Assembly: GCA_963727445.1 (NCBI GenBank)
Contig: CAVSGI010000006.1
Location: 448,001-512,000, forward strand
Source: an uncultured delta proteobacterium
GTDB taxonomy: Bacteria; Myxococcota_A; Polyangia; Polyangiales; B10-G4
DNA length: 64,000 bases
Reading direction: 5' to 3'
The position numbers and the translations under genes were made by a program. The notes below the pieces were generated by a model. That model worked only from the letters and a program-made list of their open reading frames with translations. It was not told where the DNA came from and made no database searches. Positions 51,640-63,854 of this stretch are shown one piece after another; the stretch's first letter is position 1; each line of letters begins with the position of its first letter.

Positions 51640-52821
51640 GTGGATCAGCCGCGAAAGGCGACGCGGAGCAAGAAACGCCTCCTCCGTGTTCTTGCGCGCG
51701 TGGCGCTGGGGGGCGTCCTTCTGCTCGCGCTGGGGATCGCCGTGGTGGTCTTCGACGGCTGGGAGGCTTTTGGCAAGGCGGCCGAAGGAGCGCGCCTCGC
51801 GCGGATGGAGGCCTCGCCCCACTACCGAGGCGGCGTCTTCGTCAACCCACAGCCCCTCTGGAACGACTACCTGGGGATGCTTCAGCTCGGAAGCGATGAC
51901 GCCGTGCCCGAGGTCGAGCTTCCCGTGGTGCGCGGCACGCGGGCCCGCTTCGTCGACGCGCCCCCGACCGGCCTGCGCATCACCTGGTTGGGCCATTCCA
52001 CGAACCTGATCGAGATCGACGGCACCCGCGTGCTCACCGATCCGATCTTCGGAGAGCGGAGCGGTCCCCTCACGTGGGCCGGTCCCAAGCGCTGGTACGC
52101 GCCGCCCATCCCTCTGGACGAGCTCCCCGCGATCGACGCGGTGGTGATCAGCCACGATCACTACGACCACCTCGACCATCCGACCATCGTCCGGATGCGC
52201 GATTGGGACACCACCTTCATCACGCCCCTCGGCGTGGGGGCCCACCTCGCGTACTGGGGCATCGATCCGTCGCGGATCGTCGAGCTCGATTGGTGGGAGC
52301 GGAGGTCGGTAGGCGGTCTCGAGCTGGTGTGCGTGCCCGCGCGCCACGCGTCGGGCCGCCACCTCTTCGATCAGGACCACACCTTGTGGGCGGGCTACGC
52401 GCTGCTGGGCGATGCGCACCGCGTCTACTTCTCCGGCGACACCGGCCTCTTCCCCGCGATGCGCGACATCGGCGAGCGCTTCGGACCTTTCGACGTCGCG
52501 ATGATCGAGGTGGGCGCCTACGATCAGGCCTGGCCCGACTGGCACATCGGTCCCGAGCAGGCCATCCGCGCCATGGGTATGGTGCGCGGCGAGGTCTTCT
52601 TCCCGATCCACTGGGGCCTCTTCGATCTCGCCTATCACGGCTGGACCGAGCCTATCGAGCGCACGATGGCAGCGGCCGAGGAGGCCGGCGTCACCGCCCT
52701 GGCGCCCAAGCCGGGTCAGAGCATCGAGCCCGACAGCCCGCCGCCCTTCGAGCGTTGGTGGCCCGAGGTGCCATGGCAGACGGCGGAAGAGGATCCGATC
52801 GTGTCGACGAAGGTGGACTGA
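51640..52821 (+). CDS. Metallo-beta-lactamase-fold hydrolase (NAPE-PLD/RomA-like)
   Basis: TWLGHST, ISHDHYDHLD, FSGDTG, PIHWG. Confidence 0.92.
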   Translation: MDQPRKATRSKKRLLRVLARVALGGVLLLALGIAVVVFDGWEAFGKAAEGARLARMEASPHYRGGVFVNPQPLWNDYLGMLQLGSDDAVPEVELPVVRGTRARFVDAPPTGLRITWLGHSTNLIEIDGTRVLTDPIFGERSGPLTWAGPKRWYAPPIPLDELPAIDAVVISHDHYDHLDHPTIVRMRDWDTTFITPLGVGAHLAYWGIDPSRIVELDWWERRSVGGLELVCVPARHASGRHLFDQDHTLWAGYALLGDAHRVYFSGDTGLFPAMRDIGERFGPFDVAMIEVGAYDQAWPDWHIGPEQAIRAMGMVRGEVFFPIHWGLFDLAYHGWTEPIERTMAAAEEAGVTALAPKPGQSIEPDSPPPFERWWPEVPWQTAEEDPIVSTKVD

Positions 52822-52830
52822 GCGGAGGGC

Positions 52831-54331
52831 TCACTCGCAGGTGCGCTCGATCATCCACAAGTCCCAGTCGCCTGGCGGGCCTCGTTGGGAGCCGAAGACG
52901 ATGGCGAGCTGATCGCGGCGGACGAAGACGTCCGCGTCGCTGGTGCCGCTCGTGACCGGAGAGAAGACCGAAGGAGGGCCGAAGGTTCCATCCCCGAGGG
53001 AGGGTGCGCGAAGGATTCTCGCTGCCGCCGGTCACGTGCGAGTAGAGCAGGGCCCCCGATGCGTCGAGGGACGGGCAGCATTCGAAGTCGGTGGTGGTGA
53101 GCTCGGCGATCATCTCGACGCCGACGAAGGTGCTGCCGCTTCGCGTCGCCCGATAGAGGTCGGTGTCGCCGCCGCCCATGGCGCGGCTGCTCGAGAAGTA
53201 GAGGGTCGACCCGTCGGCGCTGAGCTCCGGGCCGAAGGCGTCGCCGCCGAGGTCGATGAGCTCGACGCTGCCGAAGGGCATGCCCACCGCCACGCGGCTG
53301 GCGCGGTAGGTCTGAAACTCGTGCGCATAGTAGATGGTCAGGCCGTCGTCGGTCAGATACGGGTCGCTCTCCTCTCCCGACGTCGAGAGCTCCGTCACCA
53401 ACGTCGGCGCGTCGAACGGCACATCCGGGGCGGCGCGCGTCGCCCGGTAGAGGTCGGCCATGCCGGGGCCGCCGCCGCGGTTCGAGCCGAAGAAGATCTC
53501 GAGGCCGTCGCCGGACATGTAGGGCGCCCGATCCGTGGCGCTGGAGTTGAGCGTCGTGAGCTCGGTCGCGCTCCCCCACGCGGAGAAGACGCAAGAGGCG
53601 TCAGGCGCGGCGTCGGGCGCGACGTCGGCGGCGTCAGCGTCCGCCTGACCGGTGTCCGCTGGCCCGGTGTCCGTCCCGCCATCCATCATCGCCGCGTCGC
53701 TCTCCCCGGGCCGCGGCGCGCAGCCCGTCTCCGGGGCGCAGTACTCGGTAGCTCCGCAGCGGGAGTTGTCGCCTTCGAGGAGACACGCCCCGCCTGCGCA
53801 ACCCGCGGCGGCGCAGGCCGCGCCCGTGGGGCAATCGGAGGCGGCCGCGCACTCCGGGGTGCCGCAGGCTTCCGGGTGGCTCTCGGAGCACTCGGGCGCG
53901 ACGCAGTGGCCCGCGAGGCAGGCGGTCGCCGCGGGATCGCTGGACCCGGGACAGGACACCCCCGCGCAACTGCGCGTGAGGACCACGATGAGGCCGAGAG
54001 TCCCGCCTTCGAAGGTCACGACGACGGGACGGGAGAGCACGGTGCCGCCGTCGCTCTCCACGAGCTCCACCATCAGCCGGTGGGTGCCCGTCGCGAGCCC
54101 GTCGAACTCCGCCACCCGCTGACCGGCCCCGAAGTCGTCGTCGAGCCGCGCGTCGACGTTCATGGTGATGGTGCCGGGCGCCCCCGTCTCGAGGCCGACC
54201 CGCACCCCCGCGAACTCCACCCCGGGCACCAGGTCGGTCTTCACATCCACCGCGAGGACGCCTTTGTCCTCCCCGTCACAGCCGAAGATCGCGCACGCGA
54301 AGAGGACGAGGTGAAAGGGGCGCGAGCGCAC
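52831..54331 (-). CDS. Lipoprotein with Cys-rich region and PD40/TolB-like repeats (indel at ~53015)
   Basis: Lipobox IFGC; P..S.DG..I.F.S.R.GG....DLY repeats; a final repeat (IVFGSQRG..GDWDLWMIERTCE*) is restored by deleting one base. Confidence 0.8.
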
Positions 54332-54395
54332 GGACCGTAGTCTATCGGACCCGGGCCGAGGTACGGAGTTGCCGTTTAGGGACGTCGGGGGCGCT

Positions 54396-56231
<1,836 letters not shown>

Positions 56232-56250
56232 CTTGGATTTATCCTGGTGC

Positions 56251-59200
56251 CTAGGGTGTGCCGTCCCGGTTCTGGATGATGTCGTAGAGCCGCTCCATGC
56301 CGCGCGACTCGCTCGAGAGCATGTCGGCGCTGCGGCTCATCAGCTCCTGGTAATCGGTCGTGTCGAAGTGGGTGCCGGCGCCGGGCGCGGCGCGGTTCAC
56401 CTCGGTCAGGACGTCGATCAGGATCTCGAGCTGCGTCTCCTCCTGGCCCGGCTGCAGGGCGACCAGGTTCTGAAGGACGCGGGTGAGGGTGCGGCGGTCG
56501 TCCACCACGTTCGACTCGCGGATGAGGTTCAACCCACCGTCGACCGCGCTGTCGTCGAGGACCAGCTCGTCCCCCGTTTCGATCACGACGCTGGCGTTGC
56601 CCGCCACCGCGTCTCCCATGACGTTGAGGATGGGCACGATGTTCCGGTCGTCCTCGAGCACCATCATCATGTCGGCGGCCGCGAAGAGTGTGGCGTCGAA
56701 GGCGTCGTTGCCCGACGCCTCGTCGAAGAGATAGGCCATGAGCTGGGAGAGCTCGGAGCGCGCGGCGTCGTCGGTCTGGATCGCGTCGGCGAAGCGGATG
56801 GCGCTCGCCCCCATGGGGCCGGTCATGGAGTCGGCGATGTCGCCGTCCAGATCGTGCGCCCACATGGCGAGGTCGCCCGCGGTCCGGTGGGCATCGATGC
56901 GGTCGCGGAGGAGCTCCACCAGGATCCGGAACAGGGCGATGGAGCGACGATTCTCGAACTGGAAGTTGCCGCCTCCGGCGGGGTTCACCTGGAGGAACTG
57001 GTCGACCAGGGCACCGCGCGCCTCGAGCCAGGGCCCGTGCCTCTCGGGTGCAGCGGCGAAGGCGTCGTCCATGGCCGACAGGCCATCGAGGAGCTGGTAG
57101 AGCGGCGTGGCCTGCACCGTGCGCCGCCCGGCGTTGGTGCGGGTGGTGGTGCTGCCGTCGCGGTAGGCCAGGCCCGGGTTCCGATCCGGATCGACCAGCG
57201 CCTCGGTCGCCGCCGCCAGCGCGGCGATCCCGTCGACGCCCGGCCGCACCTCGATGTCGTCGAGGATCTTGCTGATCTGGTGGAGGCGCATGGTGAAGCC
57301 TCCGTCGGCGAAGAGGTCGGCGACGTTCTCCTCGTAGGAGACGCCGTCCGATTGGTACGAGAAGAAGCGACGCCCGGGGTCGTCGTTCTGGGTGGTGTCG
57401 CTCTCGGGCGAGGGGTAGTGCAGGTGCACCGAGCTGATCAGCTCGCCGAAGAGAAAGCGGTTGCCCGACCACCCGGGGGTGATCCCATCGCCGCGGGTCC
57501 GGCGGTCGTAGTCGTCGAAGGCCTCGAGCATCGGGATCATCGCGTCGTAGAAGGTCACGCGCGAAGGCTCGAAGCCGTCGTTGAAGCGCCACTCGCGCTC
57601 CCACGCGAAGATGGTGGCCTGGTGGCGGCCCTCCACCTCGACGTTGTCGCGGGTGAGCGGCGGGTCGACGATGTTCTGCAGGAAGTCGTTCCGCGGCGCG
57701 AAGACCATGCGGGCGAGGGCCTCCGGCGTCGGGTGGGTGGTGAGCCCGTCGATGCCGGTGTTGATCTCGAGTAGCTGGTCGGTGGTGACGATGCCGCTGA
57801 GGAGCGCGAGGAGATCGTTGAGGGTGGTGTCCTTGAGCTCGAGCTCGGCGCGCCCGATCACCGACTGGGCGAAGATCTCGGCGACGTTGTCGATCTGGAG
57901 CAGCTCGCACTCGGCGTAGCTGCCGGTGAGCGGCCAGCGGATGGGCCCGATCACCAGGCGCGCGCCGGGCTTGTTGCAGATCTGGACGCCCGACAGGTCG
58001 TGGATCAACGAGATGGAGCGCTCAAAGAGGCTCTGATTGCCCATCACGTCGGGTCGGCCCCGGTCGACGAGCTGGGTGAACTCGACGTCCCGCCGGTAGC
58101 GGTTGATGTCCGACGGGTCGTAGTTGACCTGGTCCTCGTAGCGCATCATGTCGCCGTAGATCTCGCCGAGGCGTGCCGAGCGCGGATCTGCGAAGGAGCG
58201 GAGCAGCCCTTCGGTCAGCCCGGGCTCCTGGGCGATCCAGATCACGACCTGGAGCAGGTCGTCCCAGAGCTCGTTCGGCTGGACGAGCGCGGCGTCGCGC
58301 ATGTCGGAGCGCCGGTCGGCGAAGAGGCCCGATTCGATCAGCGCCGCGACCTCGGACTCGTGATCGCGCAAGAGGACCTCGACCACCGCGAGCGCATCGT
58401 CCGTCTCGGGCCGCGCGAGGAGCGGGCCGACCGCGTGCAGCACGTCGAAGAGCGCGCCTGCGCTCTGATCGGGGCCGGCGTAGTTGAAGGAGGACGCGCC
58501 ATAGGCGCGGGCGTGGATCACCTCCGGTCCGAGGAGCGCCGGCAGGCCGTACATCATGTTGAGGGCGGTGTTGTCCTCCGGGTCGAAGAGCCGCAGCGCT
58601 TCGCGCTCGAGGCCGGCGAGCATGGTGCGGTCGCCGTCGAAGTAGGCGTAGTAGCGGGTGCCATCGCTGCGCAGCGCCCGCCCCGAGCCGTCGCGGGGCA
58701 CCGGGGCCTCGCCAGGGACGGTGTAGGGCGCGGGCACGTCGAGAACGGCTCCCACGGGGTCGACGAAGCGCCCGAGGTCGTCCACGTCCGCGAGACCGTC
58801 CCGATTCATGTCGGCAAAGGGCGAGGGGATGGCGCCGCCGAGCGTGTCCACCATGGCGATCCCGCGATCATCACGGCGCAGCACCCAGCGCGGCTGGCCT
58901 TCGGCGAAGGCGTCGTCTTCGCGGTACATGTAGCGCCGCATGATGGAGAGCGTGGACTCCTCGGTGATCGTCGGGTCGTCCGGCTGCGCGGTGACCATCT
59001 CGAGGGCGGCGGCGCGCAAGAGCTGATCGAGCTCGTCGTGCGCCGCGCCGTCGTCGGCGATCACGTCGAGCGCGGTCTGGGAGAGCTCCTCGAAGCGCGG
59101 GTAGGCGAGGAGCGGGCGCGCGACGCCGAGCCCGATGCGGAGCGGGCGATAGCCTTCGCGATAGCCGAGGCGCTCGAGCGCATGCAGGGCGTCCTCATCG

Positions 59201-59628
59201 GTGGTCATCCGGTCGAGGAGCTGTGCGATGGCGCGGGTGCTGCGCGGCAGGTAGTCCTCGGGCGGCTCGTAGAACGGAAGCAGCTGCACCATGAAGTTCT
59301 GGAGGTCGTCCTGCATCTCTTCGGGCAGCACCGTGTCGAGGGCGCCCACCAATCGGTCGCGGTTCTCGGCGAGCGCGCGAAGCCGAGGCGTCGCCGCCGC
59401 CTCCGGTCCCACGGCCCCGCGACAGAGATCGCGCGACTCGCTTCCGTCCGTATCGGCGGGGTTCTCTTCGCTCGCGATCCGCTCGCAGAGCACCTTGTAG
59501 ATCTCCGCGCCGAGGCTGCCGCGCGCAGGCGCCACACGCGTCGTGTCGAACTCCTGGGCACAGGAGGTGAGGACGAAACAAGCGAAGGCGACGATGAAGG
59601 CGCGGTGGCGAGCGAGCAGGCGTTGCAC
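56251..59628 (-). CDS. Large helical lipoprotein (1125 aa), function unknown
   Basis: Lipobox LTSC; uninterrupted GC3-biased ORF; DMNRDGLADVDD Ca-binding-like loop. Confidence 0.85.
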   Translation of the reverse strand: MQRLLARHRAFIVAFACFVLTSCAQEFDTTRVAPARGSLGAEIYKVLCERIASEENPADTDGSESRDLCRGAVGPEAAATPRLRALAENRDRLVGALDTVLPEEMQDDLQNFMVQLLPFYEPPEDYLPRSTRAIAQLLDRMTTDEDALHALERLGYREGYRPLRIGLGVARPLLAYPRFEELSQTALDVIADDGAAHDELDQLLRAAALEMVTAQPDDPTITEESTLSIMRRYMYREDDAFAEGQPRWVLRRDDRGIAMVDTLGGAIPSPFADMNRDGLADVDDLGRFVDPVGAVLDVPAPYTVPGEAPVPRDGSGRALRSDGTRYYAYFDGDRTMLAGLEREALRLFDPEDNTALNMMYGLPALLGPEVIHARAYGASSFNYAGPDQSAGALFDVLHAVGPLLARPETDDALAVVEVLLRDHESEVAALIESGLFADRRSDMRDAALVQPNELWDDLLQVVIWIAQEPGLTEGLLRSFADPRSARLGEIYGDMMRYEDQVNYDPSDINRYRRDVEFTQLVDRGRPDVMGNQSLFERSISLIHDLSGVQICNKPGARLVIGPIRWPLTGSYAECELLQIDNVAEIFAQSVIGRAELELKDTTLNDLLALLSGIVTTDQLLEINTGIDGLTTHPTPEALARMVFAPRNDFLQNIVDPPLTRDNVEVEGRHQATIFAWEREWRFNDGFEPSRVTFYDAMIPMLEAFDDYDRRTRGDGITPGWSGNRFLFGELISSVHLHYPSPESDTTQNDDPGRRFFSYQSDGVSYEENVADLFADGGFTMRLHQISKILDDIEVRPGVDGIAALAAATEALVDPDRNPGLAYRDGSTTTRTNAGRRTVQATPLYQLLDGLSAMDDAFAAAPERHGPWLEARGALVDQFLQVNPAGGGNFQFENRRSIALFRILVELLRDRIDAHRTAGDLAMWAHDLDGDIADSMTGPMGASAIRFADAIQTDDAARSELSQLMAYLFDEASGNDAFDATLFAAADMMMVLEDDRNIVPILNVMGDAVAGNASVVIETGDELVLDDSAVDGGLNLIRESNVVDDRRTLTRVLQNLVALQPGQEETQLEILIDVLTEVNRAAPGAGTHFDTTDYQELMSRSADMLSSESRGMERLYDIIQNRDGTP

Positions 59629-59709
59629 GGTACTGCTTCAAAGCTACGGAATTGTCGGCCGCGCACAAGCACCTTGCCGCGATGAGGCCTGCCCACTACA
59701 TGGCCAGCC

Positions 59710-60570
59710 GTGAGCGCCGAGACCTGGACGATTCGCCGCATGGTCACCTGGATGGCCGATGACTTCGCCAAGCGAGGCATCGAGAGCGCACGTCTGGACG
59801 CCAATCTCCTGGTCGCCCACGCCCTCGGGGTCCCCCGGGTGAACCTCTACATGGACCTCGACCGGCCCCTCGATCCCTCCGAGCTGGCTGAAATTCGGGG
59901 TCTGGTGCCGCGCCGACGCGCCCGGGAGCCGATCGCCTACATCCTCGGCCGCCGCGAGTTCTATGGGCGCAGCTTTGGCGTCGGTCCGGCGGTGCTGGTC
60001 CCCCGCCCCGAGACCGAGCTCCTGGTGGAGCGCACGCTGGCGGCGCTCCCCGAGGGTGGTCGGGTCCTCGACCTCTGCACTGGCAGCGGCTGTGTGGCAG
60101 CGACCCTCGCCGCCGAGCGCGCCTCGATCACGGTGGTGGCGACGGACGTCTCTGCCGACGCCGCCGAAATCGCCCGCAAGAACGTCGCCGCCCTCGAGGT
60201 CGAAGAGAGGGTGGAGGTGCGCGTGGGGGACCTCTTCGCGCCCATCGCCGGCGAGGCGGTCTTCGACGCCATCGTCGCCAACCCTCCGTACGTCGCCGCG
60301 GCCGACATGCACGACCTCGAAGCGGACGTCCGCGAGCACGAGCCCCACCTGGCGCTCGTCGCCGGCGCGGATGGGCTCGACTTCATTCGCCGCATCGCCC
60401 TCGGAGCCCGGGCACGGCTCGCCCCAGCGGGCTACCTCGCCCTCGAGATCGGCGCGGGCCAGGGTGAAGCGGTGGCCGCGCTCTTTCACGAGGCCGGCTT
60501 CATCGACGTCGCGGTGGCAGTGGACCTCGCGGGGATCGGTCGGGTGGTCGAAGGCCGCGCGCCCACGTGA
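59710..60570 (+). CDS. prmC: Release factor glutamine N5-methyltransferase
   Basis: EPIAYILG.REFY, LVPRPETE, LDLCTGSGC, ANPPY. Confidence 0.95.
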   Translation: MSAETWTIRRMVTWMADDFAKRGIESARLDANLLVAHALGVPRVNLYMDLDRPLDPSELAEIRGLVPRRRAREPIAYILGRREFYGRSFGVGPAVLVPRPETELLVERTLAALPEGGRVLDLCTGSGCVAATLAAERASITVVATDVSADAAEIARKNVAALEVEERVEVRVGDLFAPIAGEAVFDAIVANPPYVAAADMHDLEADVREHEPHLALVAGADGLDFIRRIALGARARLAPAGYLALEIGAGQGEAVAALFHEAGFIDVAVAVDLAGIGRVVEGRAPT

Positions 60571-60585
60571 GCGGCGCGCACCGTT

Positions 60586-61461
60586 TCAGGGCTCCATGAT
60601 CCGCCCGGGTGCTCCCATCGTCCCGCGCTCGGTGTGACAGGAGTTGCAGTCGCCGGTGGTCACCGGCTGGGTCATCGCCCGGACCCGGCCGTCCTCGAGG
60701 ACGCGGGCGGTGATGGGCATCACCACCGAGCTTTCGCGCGTGAAGTTGCCGGAGGAGTTGACCCCGAGGGTGAACACGGCGCCGGTGGCGTCGGTGATCT
60801 CCACCTGGATCGCGCCCGAGCTCGCGCCGACGCATCCGTCCGGCTCGTGGGCGGTGGGGAAGACGGTCCCGGCGATGCTGAAGATGGGGCCCTCGTCGCG
60901 CGAATGGCAGGTGTTGCACGCGCCGCCCGGCTGCATCCGCGTCTCGAGCCGCTCGCTCGTGCCGAGGTGGTTGCCGGAGGTGCAGACCGTCGGCGTGTCG
61001 GTGGGGGTGGGCGGAGGCGGCATGTCGGCGCAGGTGCCGGCGGCCATCCCGCTGGTGACCCAGGCGGCGAAGGCGTCGACCTCGCCGCTCGGCACGGGTG
61101 AGAGCGTCGCGGGCGGCATGGGGGCGGCCCCCGCGGCGCGCATGCGAATCACCGCGCGGTCCGCGACGGTGACCGAGGGATCGACCGCGGAAGGCGCCAC
61201 CAGATCGTCACGCGTGACCAGCGCCACGGTCGCACCGCCGATGGGCGGGTCGGTGTGGCAGCCGGTGCAGTGGGTGTAGAGGAGGTTCGACACCTCGCAG
61301 GGCAGGCCGCTCGGATACGGGGCGGCGTCCGTTTCGACCGAGGCGTCGGAGAGGTAGGCGTTCGAAGGGGGACCGGCGGGGGCGTCGAGGCCACCGCTAC
61401 AGGCGATAAGGGGGATGGAGAGGAGCCAGAGGCCGATGGCGCGGGGAGTACTGACCGTCAC
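60586..61461 (-). CDS. Triheme c-type cytochrome lipoprotein
   Basis: Lipobox LIAC; CTGCH, CNTCH, CNSCH. Confidence 0.85.
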   Translation of the reverse strand: MTVSTPRAIGLWLLSIPLIACSGGLDAPAGPPSNAYLSDASVETDAAPYPSGLPCEVSNLLYTHCTGCHTDPPIGGATVALVTRDDLVAPSAVDPSVTVADRAVIRMRAAGAAPMPPATLSPVPSGEVDAFAAWVTSGMAAGTCADMPPPPTPTDTPTVCTSGNHLGTSERLETRMQPGGACNTCHSRDEGPIFSIAGTVFPTAHEPDGCVGASSGAIQVEITDATGAVFTLGVNSSGNFTRESSVVMPITARVLEDGRVRAMTQPVTTGDCNSCHTERGTMGAPGRIMEP

Positions 61462-61476
61462 TGAATAGTGGGTGTC

Positions 61477-61491
61477 GCAAACGATGTGCCG
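61477..61491 (-). promoter_or_regulatory. sigma54-like promoter
   Basis: CGGCACA-N4-TTGC just upstream of the cytochrome gene. Confidence 0.55.
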
Positions 61492-61674
61492 CGTTCATGG
61501 CGACGGCTTTTCCTGCGTTTTCGGGCTGAGCACGCGTACGACGCGCGTACGGTGTGCCGGGCCGAGCGGGGCTTCGGCGATCGATCGAAACCCGAACAAG
61601 AGCGGACGCGGGTGGGTGGGGGTCGCCTCGTGCGAGCGGTCCGTCAGGACGGACAGGACGCGGCGGGCGACCCC

Positions 61675-62049
61675 TCAGAGCGCGAGGGCGGTGCCCGGGG
61701 GGAGTTTCTCGATCGCGCTGATCGACATCGGGTAGTCGCCGTCCCAGCGGACCTCGAAGGTGAAGCGGACGAGGTCGTCCGTGCCGATCCCCTCCATCGA
61801 GATGCTCGGTGGGCGGTGGAAGCCCATGGTCATCGACTCCATGCCCACCCGTTGGCCCTCCCGATTGTGGAAGTCTTCGATCGCTTCGTGCTGGATCCAG
61901 ACCTCGCTTCCCGTGATGTCGGCGACGCGTCCACGCGCCGTGTAGGTACCGTCCGGAGGGCCGTCGTTCCGGAGCGCGTCGTCGCAGGCGGCGCAGCACA
62001 GGAGCGCCAGCAGGAGGAGGGAGAGAGGGGTCGGCGAAGTGAGGAACAT
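61675..62049 (-). CDS. CusF-like copper-binding lipoprotein
   Basis: IQHEAI...GMESMTMGF...VRFTF pattern; lipobox CAAC. Confidence 0.82.
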   Translation of the reverse strand: MFLTSPTPLSLLLLALLCCAACDDALRNDGPPDGTYTARGRVADITGSEVWIQHEAIEDFHNREGQRVGMESMTMGFHRPPSISMEGIGTDDLVRFTFEVRWDGDYPMSISAIEKLPPGTALAL

Positions 62050-62144
62050 GGCGCACAAACGTAACGCATCGGGCGGGGGGACGTAGACTCGGACGGGGGG
62101 CATTGAACGGATCGGCCCCCTCGATCGTACAACCAGAGCCCTCG

Positions 62145-62858
62145 ATGCCCCGCTTCGCCTTCATCACCCTCGCGCTGCTGCTCCTGGCCCCGCCTCCGGC
62201 CTCGGCCCTCGACAGCGCCCCGTGGGAGCGGGTGCTCGCGGCCTACGCGCGCGCCGACGGCTTCGACTACGCCGGGCTGAAAGCGGACGCGGCGCGCAAG
62301 GCCGACCTCGCGCGCTTCCTCACCTCCGTGGCCGAGATGGACGACGACGAGCCGCTGGCCTCCTGGCTCAACGCCTACGACGCCATCGTCGTCTCGGAGG
62401 TGGTGGCGCGTTATCCCCTCGCGTCGGTGCGTGACGTCGACGGCTTCTTCGACCACATGGAGCACCGCGTCGCCGGGCGCCGGCGCACCCTCGACGCGAT
62501 CGAGCACCAGGTGATCCGCCCGCGCTTTCACGACGCGCGGGTGCACTTCGCGCTCAACTGCGGCTCGCGTAGCTGTCCGCCGCTGCATCGCCACGCGTTC
62601 GTTCAGCGCACCCTCGACCGGACCCTCGACACGCTGGTGGAGCATGCGCTCGCCGATCGGCGCCAAGCGCGGATCTCTGGCACTACGGTCCATCTCACCG
62701 AGCTCTTCTTCTGGTTCCGCGAGGACTTCGAGCGTGACGGCCGAAGCGTGGTGGGCTGGTTGAAAGCGCACGGCGGCGCGCGCTTCGCGAGCGTCCCCGA
62801 CGACGCGCACCTCGAGCGTATCCCTTGGGACTGGCGCCTCAACGACGCGAGCGATTGA
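62145..62858 (+). CDS. DUF547 domain secreted protein
   Basis: WLNAY, TLDAIEH, RVHFALNCGSRSCPPL, FFWFREDF, DWRLN. Confidence 0.88.
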   Translation: MPRFAFITLALLLLAPPPASALDSAPWERVLAAYARADGFDYAGLKADAARKADLARFLTSVAEMDDDEPLASWLNAYDAIVVSEVVARYPLASVRDVDGFFDHMEHRVAGRRRTLDAIEHQVIRPRFHDARVHFALNCGSRSCPPLHRHAFVQRTLDRTLDTLVEHALADRRQARISGTTVHLTELFFWFREDFERDGRSVVGWLKAHGGARFASVPDDAHLERIPWDWRLNDASD

Positions 62859-62862
62859 CCGC

Positions 62863-63741
62863 TCACGCGGCGAGCTGCGCGCCCGACTCGACCTGGAGCG
62901 TGAGCTCGGCCGTGCCGACGACGACCCAGTGAGTCACCGCGCGGTAGACCCCGTCGGCGGGCGCGAGCTCGGCGCGGAGCTGAACGCGGTCACCCATCGT
63001 CACGAGGGTCTCGACGGCGCGGTCCGCGGGGAAGAGCGGGAAGTGCTCGGCGTCCTCGTCCGGGTCGTAGCCCAGCCGCAGGCTCAGGTACTCCGCGGGC
63101 GCGCTGCGTGGGTGACGAGCCCGTGAGCCGAAGACGCGGCAGCGCCCTCCATCAATCCGCACGACACGGCCATCGTCGAGGAGAACCTCCAGGGCCTCGG
63201 TCTCCCCATCGACGAGCACCACCGAGGCGGAGCCGTTCGCGTCATCGCTCGAGAGCTGCACGCCCCATGCGGCGCAGGGGCGAGCGCTGAGCGGGGCCGC
63301 GAGAGCGTTGGATGCACGCACGACCTGGCCCGAGAGCGTTTCCATCCGCGACTGATGCGAAAGGGGGCTCACCCCCGTCGGCCGCGGCCGGGTCCACCAC
63401 CGATAGAGCTTCTTGCCGAGACAGAAGAGGAAGCTGCCGAGCAGGAACGCGAGGAAGACGGCCAGGAACGCGATGGCGATGATCACCAGTTCGTCTGCGC
63501 CCCCTGCGATGTCGCAGCCCCCACACGCATCGAGCCCCGAGAAGATGCCGGCACAGCTCCCCGCCTTCGCCGCCGCCCGAACCCGGGCGCGGAGGTCGGG
63601 GGAGCCCCACGTGTGCGCCCGAAGTCTCTCGCGCCCCTCGGCGGTCCAGAGCGTGGCGGGTGGGTCGTCGGGGTGAAGGTCGCAGGATTCGTCGGGGTGG
63701 AGGCGGGTTCGGCAGTGGAGGCAAACGGCGCTTTGGATCAC
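62863..63741 (-). CDS. Hypothetical membrane protein with N-terminal Cys/His cluster and GIDE-like C-terminus
   Basis: CLHC...CDLHP, one TM segment, LAAPLSARPCAAW...LDDG...ETLV..GDRV. Confidence 0.65.
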   Translation of the reverse strand: MIQSAVCLHCRTRLHPDESCDLHPDDPPATLWTAEGRERLRAHTWGSPDLRARVRAAAKAGSCAGIFSGLDACGGCDIAGGADELVIIAIAFLAVFLAFLLGSFLFCLGKKLYRWWTRPRPTGVSPLSHQSRMETLSGQVVRASNALAAPLSARPCAAWGVQLSSDDANGSASVVLVDGETEALEVLLDDGRVVRIDGGRCRVFGSRARHPRSAPAEYLSLRLGYDPDEDAEHFPLFPADRAVETLVTMGDRVQLRAELAPADGVYRAVTHWVVVGTAELTLQVESGAQLAA

Positions 63742-63854
63742 TGGGCCGGGGGACAGAGCAACGACCGCGCCACCCGGACCATCCGGACTTGGTGGGGCCT
63801 TTCTGCGTCAGGCCCCGGCGCAAATCGCACGCCCGGGGCGAAGTGCGCGGGCAA

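Noticed and set aside
59666..59680. sigma54 promoter upstream of the 1125-aa lipoprotein (CGGCAAG-N4-TTGT)
   Set aside because: Too many deviations from the consensus to support.
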